64,000 bases of DNA. It comes from Heterodontus francisci (taxonomy: Eukaryota). The stretch covers positions 124,001 through 188,000 of the forward strand of contig NW_027140453.1 of the NCBI RefSeq assembly GCF_036365525.1, in the 5' to 3' direction. Shown here piece after piece: positions 12,299-26,000 of this stretch (the first letter of the stretch is position 1; every line of letters begins with the position of its first letter). The notes beneath the pieces were generated by a model that was not told the DNA's origin, ran no database searches, and worked only from the letters and a program-made list of their open reading frames with translations. Both the position numbers and the translations under genes were made by a program.

Positions 12299-15200
12299 GC
12301 ACTCCCTCAGTACTGACCCTCTGACAGTGCATCACTCCCTGAGTACTGACTCTCTGACAGTGCATCACTCCTTCAGCACTGACCCTCTGACAGTGCATCA
12401 CTCCCTCAGTACTGACGCTCTGACAGTGTGGCACTCCCTCAGTGCTGACCCTCTGACAGTGCACCACTCCTTCAGGACTGACCCTCTGATAGTGCATCAT
12501 TCCCTCATTACTGACCCTCTGACAGTGCATCACTCCCTCAATACCGACCCTCTGACAGTGCAGCACTCCCTCAGTACTGATCCTCCCACAGTGCATCACT
12601 CCCTCAGTACAGACCCTCAGACAGTGAGGCACACCCTCAGTACTGACCCTCCGACAGTGTGGCGCACCCTCAATACTGACCCTCCGACAGTGCAGCCCTC
12701 CCTCAGTACTGACCCTCTTACAGTGCGGCACTCCTTCAGTACTGACCCTCTTACAGTGCATCACTCCCTCAGTACTGGCCCTCCGACAGTGCATCACTCC
12801 CTCAGTACAGACCCTCTGACAGGGCATCACTCAATCAGTACAGACCCTCTGACAGTGCTGCACTCCCTCAGTACTGACCCTCTGACAGTGCACAACTTCC
12901 TCAGTACTGACCCTCTGACAGTGCATCACTCCCTCAGTACTGACCCTCTGACAGTGCATCACTCCCTCAGTGCTGACCCTCTGACAGTGCATCACTCCCT
13001 CAGTACTGACCCTCTGACAGTGCATCACTCCCTCAGTACTGACCCTCCCACAGTACAGCACTCCCTCAGTACTGACCCTCTGACAGTGCATCACTCCCTC
13101 AGTACTGACCCTCCCACAGTACAGCACTCTCTCAGTACTGACCCTCCGACAGTCCGGCACTCCCTCAGTACTGACCCTCTGACAGTGCATCACTCCCTCA
13201 GTACTGACCCTCTGACAGTGCAGCACTCCCTCAGTACTGACACTCAGTCAGTGAGGCACTCCCTCAGTACTGACACTCCGACAGTGTGGCGCACCCTCAA
13301 TACTGACCCTCCGACAGTGCAGCACTCCCTCAGTACTGACCCTCTGACAGTGCAGCACTCTCTCAGTACTGACCCTCTGACAGTGCAGCACTCCCTCAGT
13401 ACTGACGCTCTGACAGTGCATCATTCCCTCAGTACTGACCCTCCCACAGTACAGCACTCCCTCAGTACTGACCCTCTGACAGTGCGGCACTCCCTCAGTA
13501 CCGGCCCTCTGACAGTGCGGCGCTCTCTCAGTACTGACACTCCGACAGTGCGGCACTCCCTCAATACCGACCCTCTGACAGTGCATCACTCCCTCAGTAC
13601 TGACCCTCTGACAGTGCATCACTCCCTCAGTACTGACCGTCTGACAGTGCAGCACACGCTCAGTACTGACCCTCTGACAGTGCAGCACTTCCTCAGTACT
13701 GACCCTCTGACAGTGCATCACTCCCTCAGTACTGACCCTCTGACAGTGCATCACTCCCTCAGTGCTGACCCTCTGACAGTGCATCACTCCCTCAGTGCTG
13801 ACCCTCTGACAGTGCATCACTCCCTCAGTACTGACCCTCCCACAGTACAGCACTCCCTCAGTACTGACCCTCTGACAGTGCATCACTCCCTCAGTACTGA
13901 CCCTCCCACAGTACAGCACTCTCTCAGTACTGACCCTCCGACAGTCCGGCACTCCCTCAGTACTGACCCTCTGACAGTGCATCACTCCCTCAGTACTGAC
14001 ACTCAGTCAGTGAGGCACTCCCTCAGTACTGACACTCCGACAGTGTGGCGCACCCTCAATACTGACCCTCCGACAGTGCAGCACTCCCTCAGTACTGACC
14101 CTCTGACAGTGCAGCACTCTCTCAGTACTGACCCTCTGACAGTGCAGCACTCCCTCAGTACTGACGCTCTGACAGTGCATCATTCCCTCAGTACTGACCC
14201 TCCCACAGTACAGCACTCCCTCAGTACTGACCCTCTGACAGTGCGGCACTCCCTCAGTACCGGCCCTCTGACAGTGCGGCGCTCTCTCAGTACTGACACT
14301 CCGACAGTGCGGCACTCCCTCAATACCGACCCTCTGACAGTGCATCACTCCCTCAGTACTGACCCTCTGACAGTGCATCACTCCCTCAGTACTGACCGTC
14401 TGACAGTGCAGCACACGCTCAGTACTGACCCTTTGACAGTGCAGCACTCCCTCAGTCCTGACCCTCTGACAGTGCATCACTCCCTCAGGACTGACCCTCT
14501 GACAGAGCATCACTCCCTCAGTACTGCCCCTCTGACAGTGCATCACTCCTTCAGTACTGAGCGTCTGACAGTGCAGCACTCCCTCAGTATTGCCCCTCCA
14601 ACAGTGCGGCACTCCCTCAGTACTGACACTCCGATAGGGCGGTGCTCCCTCAGTACTGTCCCTCGAAATGTGCATCACTCCCTCAGTACTGACCCACTGA
14701 GTACAGCAGTCCTTCAGTACTCACCCTCCCATGGTGCAGCACTCCCTCAGTACTGACCCTCTGACAGTGAGGCACTCCCTCAGTACTGACCCTCCGACAG
14801 TGTGGCGCACCCTCAAAACTGACCCTCCGACAGTGCAGCACTCCCTCAGTACTGACCCTCTCACTGTGCAGCACTCTCTCAGTCCTGACCCTCTGACAGT
14901 GCGGCGCACCCTCAATACTGATCCTCTGACAGTGCAGCACTCCCTCAGTACTGACCCTCTGACAGTGCAGCACTCCCTCAGTACTGACCCTCCCACAGTG
15001 CAGCACTACCTAAGTACTGACCCTCTGACAGTGTGGCCCTCCCTCAGTACTGACCCTCCCACAGTACAGCACTCCCTCAGTACTGACCCTCTGACAGTGC
15101 AGCACTCCCTCAGTACTGACCCTTTGTCAGTACATCATTCCCTCAGTACTGACCCTCCCACAGGACAGGACTACTTCAGTACTGACCCTCTGACAGTGCA

Positions 15201-17755
15201 GCACTCCCTCAGTACTGACCCTCTGACAGTGCAGCACTCCCTCAGTACTGACCCTCCCACAGTACAGCACTCCCTCAGTACTGACCCTCTGACAGTGCAG
15301 CACTCCCTCAGTACTGACCCTTTGTCAGTACATCATTCCCTCAGTACTGACCCTCCCACAGGACAGGACTACTTCAGTACTGACCCTCTGACAGTGCATC
15401 ACTCCCTCAGTACTGACCCTCTGACAGTGAGGCACTCCCTCAGTACTGACCCTCTGACAGTGAGGCACTCCCTCAGTACTGACACATCGACAGTGAGGCA
15501 CTCCCTCAGTACTGACACTCCGACAGTGCATCACACCCTCAGTACTGACCGTCCGACAGTGCATCACTCCCTCAGTACTGACCCTCTGACAGTGCATCAC
15601 TCCCTCAGTACTGACCCTCTGACAGTGCATCACTCCCTCAGTACTGACCCTCTGACAGTGCAGCACTCCCTCAGTACTGACCCTCTGACAGTGCGGCGCT
15701 CTCTCAGCACTGACACTCCGACAGTGCGGCACTCCCTCAGTACCGACCCTCTGACAGTGCATCACTCCCTCAGTACTGACCCTCTGACAGTGCATCACTT
15801 CCTCAGTACAGACCCTCAGACAGTGAGGCACACCCTCAGTACTGACCCTCCGAAAGTGTGGCGCACCCTCAATACTGACCCTCCGACAGTGCAGCCCTCC
15901 CTCAGTACTGACCCTCTTACAGTGCGGCACTCCCTCAGTACTGACCCTCTTACAGTGCATCACTCCCTCAGTACTGGCCCTCCGACAGTGCATCACTCCC
16001 TCAGTACAGACCCTCTGACAGTGCATCACTCAATCAGTACAGACCCTCTGACAGTGCTGCACTCCCTCAGTACTGACCCTCTGACAGTGCAGCACTTCCT
16101 CAGTACTGACCCTCTGACAGTGCATCACTCCCTCAGTACTGACCCTCTGACAGTGCATCACTCCCTCAGTGCTGACCCTCTGACAGTGCATCACTCCCTC
16201 AGTACTGACCCTCTGACAGTGCATCACTCCCTCAGTACTGACCCTCCCACAGTGCAGCACTCCCTCAGTACTGACCCTCTGACAGTGCATCACTCCCTCA
16301 GTACTGACCCTCCCACAGTACAGCACTCTCTCAGTACTGACCCTCCGACAGTCCGGCACTCCCTCAGTACTGACCCTCTGACAGTGCATCACTCCCTCAG
16401 TACTGACCCTCAGTGCATCACTCCCTCAGTACTGACCCTCTGACAGTGCAGCACTCCCTCAGTACTGACCCTCTGACAGTGAGGCACTCCCTCAGTATTG
16501 ACACTCCGACAGTGTGGCGCACCCTCAATACTGACCCTCCGACAGTGCAGCACTCCCTCAGTACTGACACATCGACAGTGCAGCACTCCCTCAGTACTGA
16601 CACTCCGACAGTGCATCACACCCTCAGTACTGACCGTCCGACAGTGCATCACTCCCTCAGTACTGACCCTCTGACAGTGCATCACTCCCTCAGTACTGAC
16701 CCTCTGACAGTGCATCACTCCCTCAGTACTGACCCTCTGACAGTGCAGCACTCCCTCAGTACTGACCCTCTGACAGTGCGGCGCTCTCTCAGTACTGACA
16801 CTCCGACAGTGCGGCACTCCCTCAGTACCGACCCTCTGACAGTGCATCACTCCCTCAGTACTGACCCTCAGACAGTGCATCACTCCCTCAGTACTGACCG
16901 TCTGACAGTGCAGCACTCCCTCAGTAGTGACCCTTTGACAGTGCAGCACTCCCTCAGTACTGACCCTCTGAAAGTGCAGCACTCGCTCAGCACTGACCCT
17001 TTGACAGTGCAGCACTCCCTCAGTACTGACCCTCCGACAGTGCAGCACTCCCTCAGTCCTGACCCTCTGACAGTGCATCACTCCCTCATTACTGAGTGTC
17101 TGACAGTGCAGCACTCCCTCAGTACTGACCCTCTGACAGAGCATCACTCCCTCAGTGCTGACCCTCTCAGTACAGAACTCCCACAGTACTGACACTCCGA
17201 TAGTGCGGTGCTCCCTCAGTCCTCGCCCTCGGAATGTGCATCACTCCCTCAGTACTGACCCTCTGACAGTGAGGCACTCCCTCAGTAATGACCCTCCGAC
17301 AGTGTGGCGCACACTCAATACTGACCCTCCGACAGTGCAGCACTCCCTCAGTACTGACCCTCTGAGTGCGGCACTCCCTCAGTACTGACACTCTCACAGT
17401 ACAGCACTACCTCAGTACTGACCCTCTGACAGTGCAGCACTCTCTCAGTACTGACCCTCTGACAGTGCAGCACTACCTCAGTACTGACCCTCTGACAGTG
17501 CAGCACTCCCTCTGTACTGACCCTCTGACAGTGCATCATTCCCTCAGTACTGACCCTCACACAGTACAGCACTACCTCAGTACGGACTCTCTGACAGTGC
17601 ATCACTCCTTCAGTACTGACCCTTCAACAGTCCGGCACTCCCTCAGTACTGACACTCCGATAAGGCGGTGCTCCCTCAGTACTGACCCTCGGAATGTGCA
17701 GCACTCCCTCAGTACTGACCCTCCGACAGTGCAGTCCACCCTCAGTAGTGACAGT

Positions 17756-18602
17756 AGGTGTGTTGCCTGATGTCCTGTGCTCTGCAATGAGTTTAAATAC
17801 AAGACCTGCTGCTTTGGAGGTCAGTGAGAGACACAATTTGAACCAGGACTGAGAGCTCAGCAAGTTTAACCAGTGCCCCCAGAACTAGGCAGTGGACATA
17901 TTCAACATAGGCATGGGGAAACACAGAATCGGAGAATTTGACAGCACCGTGCAAGGCCATTCGGCCCATTGTGTCTGTACTGGCTCTTTGAATGATCAAT
18001 GCAGTACAATCCCAATCTCCCATTCTTTCCCAAAACCCTGCAAATTGTTCCCCTTGCGTTATTTATCCCATTCCCTTTCAGTGTCCCTCTGACCATTCCC
18101 ACCCAACGTTCATTTCCGCAGTGCTCTGAAAATGAATCGTTAATTCCTGGAGATTGCTGGTGGCTTTCAATCCCAGTGTGAATGGAGTGGGAATGTAGCT
18201 ATGATGTTGTTATTGGTCACAGTAACCATGGGATGCGAGGGCTGTGGGAAAGAGAGGATCTAATTGTTCCCTTCCTGGAACCAAAGACAGTTTTGTATCT
18301 TATCCCAGGAAGACCTGTCCGTTATCAGATAGTCAAATGGCAGAGAGAGAGAGAGAGAGAGAACAGAAGACACAGTGAAATATAATATTCAAACAAGCTG
18401 ATCCCACATCACAGTTCAGCTACAGAAGAACTCCCCAAACCCCAGTCTGAAATCAGAGTGAGTGAGGGCACCATTAACTCAGGTCTGAGTGTGGCTTGTA
18501 TCTCAGTGGGAGGGTCTTGTTCCTGTGATTCAGGAGGACCTGGGGTCCAGTTCAACTCCTGAGACTGGACATCATCTATAAGGACCCCCCCAGTGTCCGT
18601 AC
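17756..18602. repeat. Higher-order repeat unique block, copy 4
   Basis: Direct near-identity to 325-1167. Confidence 0.95.
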
Positions 18603-20349
18603 GACAGTGCGGCACTCCCTCAGTACAGACACTCTGACAGTGCAGCACTCCCTCAGTACTGACCCGCTGACAGTGCATCACTCCCTCAGTACTGACCCTC
18701 TGATAGTGCAGCACTCCCTCAGTATTGACCCTCTGACAGTGCGGCGCACCCTCAATACTGACCCTCTGACAGTGCAGCACTCCCTCAGTACTGACCCTCT
18801 GACAGTGCATCACTCCCTCAGTATTGACCCTCTGACAGTGCGGCGCACCCTCAATACTGACCCTCTGACAGTGCAGCACTCCCTCAGTACTGACCCTCTG
18901 ACAGTGCATCACTCCCTCAGTATTGACCCTCTGACAGTGCGGCGCACCCTCAATACTGACCCTCTGACAGTGCAGCACTACCTCAGTACTGACCCTCTGA
19001 CAGTGCATCATTCCCTCAGTACTGACCCTCCCACAGTACAGCACTCCCTCAGTACTGACCCTCCCACAGTACAGCACTCCCTCAGTACTGACCCTCTGAC
19101 AGTGCATCACTCCCTCAATACTGACCCTCCCACAGTCCAGCACTACTTCAGTACTGACCCTCTGACAATGCAGCACTCCCTCAGTACTGACCCTCCAACA
19201 GTACAGCACTCCCTCAGTAATGACCCTCTGACAGTGCAGCACTCCCTCAGTACTGACCCTCTGACAGTGCATCACTCCCTCAGTACTGACCCTCTGACAG
19301 TGCATCACTCCTTCAGTACTGACCTTCCGATAGTTCGGAGCTCCCTCAGTAGTGACCCTCCAACAGTGCGGCACTCCCTCAGTAATGACCCTCTGACAGT
19401 GCAGCACTCCCTCAGTACTGACCCTCTGACAGTGCATCACTCCCTCAGTTCTGACCCTCTGACAGTGCAGTGCTCCCTCACAACTGACCCTCTGACAGTG
19501 TGGCACTCCTTCAGTACTGACCCTCTGACAGTGCATCACTCCCTCAGTACTGACCCTCTGACAGTGCAGCACTCCCTCAGTACTGAACCTCTGACAGTGC
19601 AGCACTCCCTCAGTACTGACCCGCTGACAGTGCAGCACTCCCTCAGTACTGACCCTCTGACAGTGCAGCACTCCCTCAGTACTGACCCTCTGACAGTGCA
19701 TCACTCCCTCAGTACTGACCCTCTGACAGTGCAGCACTACGTCAGTACTGACCCTCTGAAAGTGCATCATTCCCTCAGTCCTGACCCTCCCACAGTACAG
19801 CACTCCCTCAGTACTGACCATCTGACAGTGCAGCACTCCCTCAATACTGACCCTCCCACAGTCCAGCACTACTTCAGTACTGACCCTCTGACACTGCAGC
19901 ACTCCCTCAGTACTGACCCTCCAACAGTACAGCACTCCCTCAGTAATGACCCTCTGACAGTGCAGCACTCCCTCAGTACTGACCCTCTGACAGTGCATCA
20001 CTCCCTCAGTACTGACCCTCTGACAGTGCAGCACTCCCTCAGTACTGACCCTCTGACAGTGCATCACTCCCTCAGTACTGACCCTCTGACAGTGCATCAC
20101 TCCCTCAGTACTGACCTTCCGATAGTTCGGAGCTCCCTCAGTAGTGACCCTCCGACAGTGCGGCACTCCCTCAGTTCTGACCCTCTGACAGTGCAGTGCT
20201 CCCTCACAACTGACCCTCTGACAGTGTGGCACTCCTTCAGTACTGACCCTCCGACAGTGCGGTGCTCCCTCAGTACTGACCCTCCGACAGTGTGGCCCTC
20301 CCTCAGTACTGACCCTCCGACAGTGCGGTCCACCCTCAGTCCTGACAGT

Positions 20350-21196
20350 AGGTTTGTTGCCTGATGTCTACTGCTCTGCAAAGAGTTTAAGTACAAGACC
20401 TGCTGCTTTGGTGGTGAGTGAGAGACACCATTTGAACCAGGACTGAGAGCTCAGCAAGTTTAACCAGTGCCCCCATAACTAGGCAGTGGACATATTCAAC
20501 ATAGGCATGGGGAAACACAGAATCGGAGAATTTGACAGCACCGTGCAAGGCCATTCGGCCCATTGTGTCTGTACAGGCTCTTTGAATGATCAATACAGTA
20601 CAATCCCAATCTCCCATTCTTTCCCAAAACCCTGCAAATTGTTCCCCTTGCGTTATTTATCCCATTCCCTTTCAGTGTCCCTCTGACCATTCCCACCCAA
20701 CGTTCATTTCCGCAGTGCTCTGAAAATGAATCGTTAATTCCTGGAGATTGCTGGTGGCTTTCAATCCCAGTGTCAATGGAGTGGGAATGTAGCTATGACG
20801 TTGTTATTGGTCACAGTTACCATGGGATGCGAGGGCTGTGGGAAAGAGAGGATCTAATTGTTCCCTTCCTGGAACCAAAGATAGTTTTGTATCTTATCCC
20901 AGGAAGACCTGTCCGTTATCAGATAGTCAAATGGCAGAGAGAGAGAGAGAGAGAACAAAAGACACAGTGAAATATAATATTCAAACAAGCTGATCCCACA
21001 TCACAGTTCAGCGACAGAAGAACTCCCCAAACCCCAGTCTGAAATCAGAGTGAGTGAGGGCACCATTAACTCAGGTCTGAGTGTGGCTTGTATCTCAGTG
21101 GGAGGGTCTTGTTCCTGTGATTCAGGAGGACGTGGGGTCCAGTTCAACTCCCGAGACTGGGCATCATCTATAAGGACCCCCCCCCAGTGTCCGTAC
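20350..21196. repeat. Higher-order repeat unique block, copy 5
   Basis: Direct near-identity to 325-1167. Confidence 0.95.
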
Positions 21197-22902
21197 GACA
21201 GTGCGGCACACCCTCAGTACTGACCCTCTGACAGTGCAGCACTCCCTCAGTACTGACCCGCTGACAGTGCATCACTCCCTCAGTACTGACCCTCTGATAG
21301 TGCAGCACTCCCTCAGTATTGACCCTCTGACAGTGCGGCGCACCCTCAATACTGACCCTCTGACAGTGCAGCACTCCCTCAGTACTGACCCTCTGACAGT
21401 GCAGCACTACCTCAGTACTGACCCTCTGACAGTGCATCACTCCCTCAATACTGACCCTCCCACAGTCCAGCACTACTTCAGTACTGACCCTCTGACAGTG
21501 CAGCACTCCCTCAGTACTGACCCTCTGACAGTGCATCACTCCCTCAGTACTGACCCTCCCACAGTACAGCACTCCCTCAGTACTGACCCTCTGACAGTGC
21601 ATCACTCCCTCAATACTGACCCTCCCACAGTCCAGCACTACTTCAGTACTGACCCTCTGACAGTGCAGCACTCCCTCAGTACTGACACTCTGACAGTGCA
21701 TCACTCCCTCAGTACTGACCTTCCGACAGTTCGGAGCTCCCTCAGTAGTGACCCTCCGACAGTGCGGCACTCCCTCAGTTCTGACCCTCTGACAGTGCAG
21801 TGCTCCCTCACAACTGACCCTCTGACAGTGTGGCACTCCTTCAGTACTGACCCTCCGACAGTGCGGTGCTCCCTCAGTACTGACCCTCCGACAGTGCGGC
21901 ACACCCTCAGTACTGACCCTCTGACAGTGCATCACTCCCTCAGTACTGACCCGCTGACAGTGCATCACTCCCTTAGTACTGACCCTCTGACAGTGCGCAA
22001 TCCCTCAGTACTGACCCACTGACAGTGCATCACTCCCTCAATAATGACCCTCTGACAGTGCAGCACTCCCTCAGTACTGAGCCTCTGACAGTGCAGCACT
22101 ACCTCAGTACTGACCCTCTGACAGTGCATCACTCAATCAGTACAGACCCTCTGACAGTGCAGCACTCCCTCAGTACTGACCCTCTGACAGTGCGCAATCC
22201 CTCAGTACTGACCCTCTGACAGTGCATCACTCCCTCAATAATGACCCTCTGACAGTGCAGCACTCCCTCAGTACTGAGCCTCTGACAGTGCAGCACTACC
22301 TCAGTACTGACCCTCTGACAGTGCATCACTCAATCAGTACAGACCCTCTGACAGTGCAGCACTCCCTCAGTACTGACCCTCTGACAGTGCATCACTCAAT
22401 CAGTACAGACCCTCTGACAGTGCAGCACTCCCTCAGTACTGACCCTCTGACAGTGCATCACTCCCTCAGTACTGACGCTCTGACAGTGTGGCACTCTCTC
22501 AGTACTGACCCTCCGACAGTCCGGCACTCCCTTAGTACTGACCCTCTGACAGTGCAGCACTCCCTCAGTACTGACCCTCTGACAGTGCAGCACTCCCTCA
22601 GTACTGACCCTCTGACAGTGCATCACTCTGACAGTGCGGCACTCCCTCAGTACTGACACTCCGATAGGGCGGGGCTCCCTCAGTACTGTCCCTCGAAATG
22701 TGCATCACTCCCTCAGTACTGACCCACTGACAGTACAGCAGTCCTTCAGTACTGACCCTCCGATGGTGCAGCACTCCCTCAGTACTGACCCTCTGACAGT
22801 GCGGCACACCCTCAGTACTGACCCTCCGACAGTGTGGCGCACCCTCAATACTGACCCTCCGACAGTGCAGCCCTCCCTCAGTACTGACCCTCTTACAGTG
22901 CA

Positions 22903-23013
22903 GCTTGTATCTCAGTGGGAGGGTCTTGTTCCTGTGATTCAGGAGGACGTGGGGTCCAGTTCAACTCCCGAGACTGGGCATCATCTATAAGGACCCCCCC
23001 CCAGTGTCCGTAC
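22903..23013. repeat. Higher-order repeat unique block, 3' fragment (SINE-head part only)
   Basis: Matches the last ~110 bp of copy 5, including its longer poly-C run. Confidence 0.93.
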
Positions 23014-26000
23014 GACAGTGCGGCACACCCTCAGTACTGACCCTCTGACAGTGCAGCACTCCCTCAGTACTGACCCGCTGACAGTGCATCACTCCCTCAG
23101 TACTGACCCTCTGATAGTGCAGCACTCCCTCAGTATTGACCCTCTGACAGTGCGGCGCACCCTCAATACTGACCCTCTGACAGTGCAGCACTCCCTCAGT
23201 ACTGACCCTCTGACAGTGCAGCACTCCCTCAGTACTGACCCTCTGACAGTGCATCACTCTGACAGTGCGGCACTCCCTCAGTACTGACCCTCCCACAGTC
23301 CAGCACTACTTCAGTACTGACCCTCTGACAGTGCAGCACTCCCTCAGTACTGACCCTCTGACATTGCATCACTCCCTCAGTACTGACCCTCCCACAGTAC
23401 AGCACTCCCTCAGTACTGACCCTCTGACAGTGCATCACTCCCTCAATACTGACCCTCCCACAGTCCAGCACTACTTCAGTACTGACCCTCTGACAGTGCA
23501 GCACTCCCTCAGTACTGACACTCTGACAGTGCATCACTCCCTCAGTACTGACCTTCCGACAGTTCGGAGCTCCCTCAGTAGTGACCCTCCGACAGTGCGG
23601 CACTCCCTCAGTTCTGACCCTCTGACAGTGCAGTGCTCCCTCACAACTGACCCTCTGACAGTGTGGCACTCCTTCAGTACTGACCCTCCGACAGTGCGGT
23701 GCTCCCTCAGTACTGACCCTCCGACAGTGCGGCACACCCTCAGTACTGACCCTCTGACAGTGCATCACTCCCTCAGTACTGACCCGCTGACAGTGCATCA
23801 CTCCCTTAGTACTGACCCTCTGACAGTGCGCAATCCCTCAGTACTGACCCACTGACAGTGCATCACTCCCTCAATAATGACCCTCTGACAGTGCAGCACT
23901 CCCTCAGTACTGAGCCTCTGACAGTGCAGCACTACCTCAGTACTGACCCTCTGACAGTGCATCACTCAATCAGTACAGACCCTCTGACAGTGCAGCACTC
24001 CCTCAGTACTGACCCTCTGACAGTGCGCAATCCCTCAGTACTGACCCTCTGACAGTGCATCACTCCCTCAATAATGACCCTCTGACAGTGCAGCACTCCC
24101 TCAGTACTGAGCCTCTGACAGTGCAGCACTACCTCAGTACTGACCCTCTGACAGTGCATCACTCAATCAGTACAGACCCTCTGACAGTGCAGCACTCCCT
24201 CAGTACTGACCCTCTGACAGTGCATCACTCAATCAGTACAGACCCTCTGACAGTGCAGCACTCCCTCAGTACTGACCCTCTGACAGTGCATCACTCCCTC
24301 AGTACTGACGCTCTGACAGTGTGGCACTCTCTCAGTACTGACCCTCCGACAGTCCGGCACTCCCTTAGTACTGACCCTCTGACAGTGCATCACTCCCTCA
24401 GTACTGACCCTCTGACAGTGCATCACTCCCTCAGTGCTGACCCTCTGACAGTGCGGCACTCCCTCAGTACTGACACTCCGATAGGGCGGGGCTCCCTCAG
24501 TACTGTCCCTCGAAATGTGCATCACTCCCTCAGTACTGACCCACTGACAGTACAGCAGTCCTTCAGTACTGACCCTCCGATGGTGCAGCACTCCCTCAGT
24601 ACTGACCCTCTGACAGTGCGGCACACCCTCAGTACTGACCCTCCGACAGTGTGGCGCACCCTCAATACTGACCCTCCGACAGTGCAGCCCTCCCTCAGTA
24701 CTGACCCTCTTACAGTGCAGCACTCCCTCAGTACTGACCCTCTTACAGTGCATCACTCCCTCAGTACTGGCCCTCCGACAGTGCATCACTCAATCAGTAC
24801 AGACCCTCTGACAGTGCAGCACTCCCTCAGTACTGACCCTCTGACAGTGCAGCACTTCCTCAGTACTGACCCTCTGACAGTGCAGCACTCCCTCAGTACT
24901 GACCCTCCGACAGTGCAGCACTCCCTCAGTACTGACCCTCTGACAGTGCATCACTCCCTCAGTGCTGACCCTCTGACAGTGCATCACTCCCTCAGTACTG
25001 ACCCTCTGACAGTGCATCACTCCCTCAGTACTGACCCTCTGACAGTGCATCACTCCCTCAGTACTGACCCTCCCACAGTACAGCACTCTCTCAGTACTGA
25101 CCCTCCGACAGTCCGGCACTCCCTCAGTACTGACCCTCTGACAGTGCATCACTCCCTCAGTACTGACCCTCTGACAGTGCATCACTCCCTCAGTGCTGAC
25201 CCTCTGACAGTGCATCACTCCCTCAGTACTGACCCTCTGACAGTGCATCACTCCCTCAGTACTGAGTGTCTGACAGTGCATCACTCCCTCAGTACTGACC
25301 CTCTGACATGGCATCATTCCCTCAATAATGACCCTCTGACATTGCAGCACTCCCTCAGTACTGAGCGTCTGACAGTGCAGCACTCCCTCAGTACTGACCC
25401 TCCGACAGTGCAGCACTCCCTCAGTACTGACCCTCTGACAGTGCATCACTCCCTCAGTGCTGACCCTCTGACAGTGCATCACTCCCTCAGTACTGACCCT
25501 CCCACAGTACAGCACTCTCTCAGTACTGACCCTCCGACAGTCCGGCACTCCCTCAGTACTGACCCTCTGACAGTGCATCACTCCCTCAGTACTGAGCGTC
25601 TGACAGTGCATCATTCCCTCAGTACTGACCCTCCCACAGTACAGCACTCCCTCAGTGCTGACCCTCTGACAGTGCATCACTCCCTCAGTACTGACCCTCT
25701 GACAGTGCATCACTCCCTCAGTACTGACCCTCTGACAGTGCAGCACTCCCTCAGTACTGACCCTCTGACAGTGCATCACTCCCTCAGTACTGAGCGTCTG
25801 ACAGTGCAGCACTCCCTCAGTATTGACCCTCCGACAGTACAGCACTCCCTCAGTACTGACCCTCTGACATGGCATCATTCCCTCAATAATGACCCTCTGA
25901 CAGTGCAGCACTCCCTCAGTACTGACCCTCTGACAGTGCATCACTCCCTCAGTACTGACCCTCTGACATGGCATCATTCCCTCAATAATGACCCTCTGAC

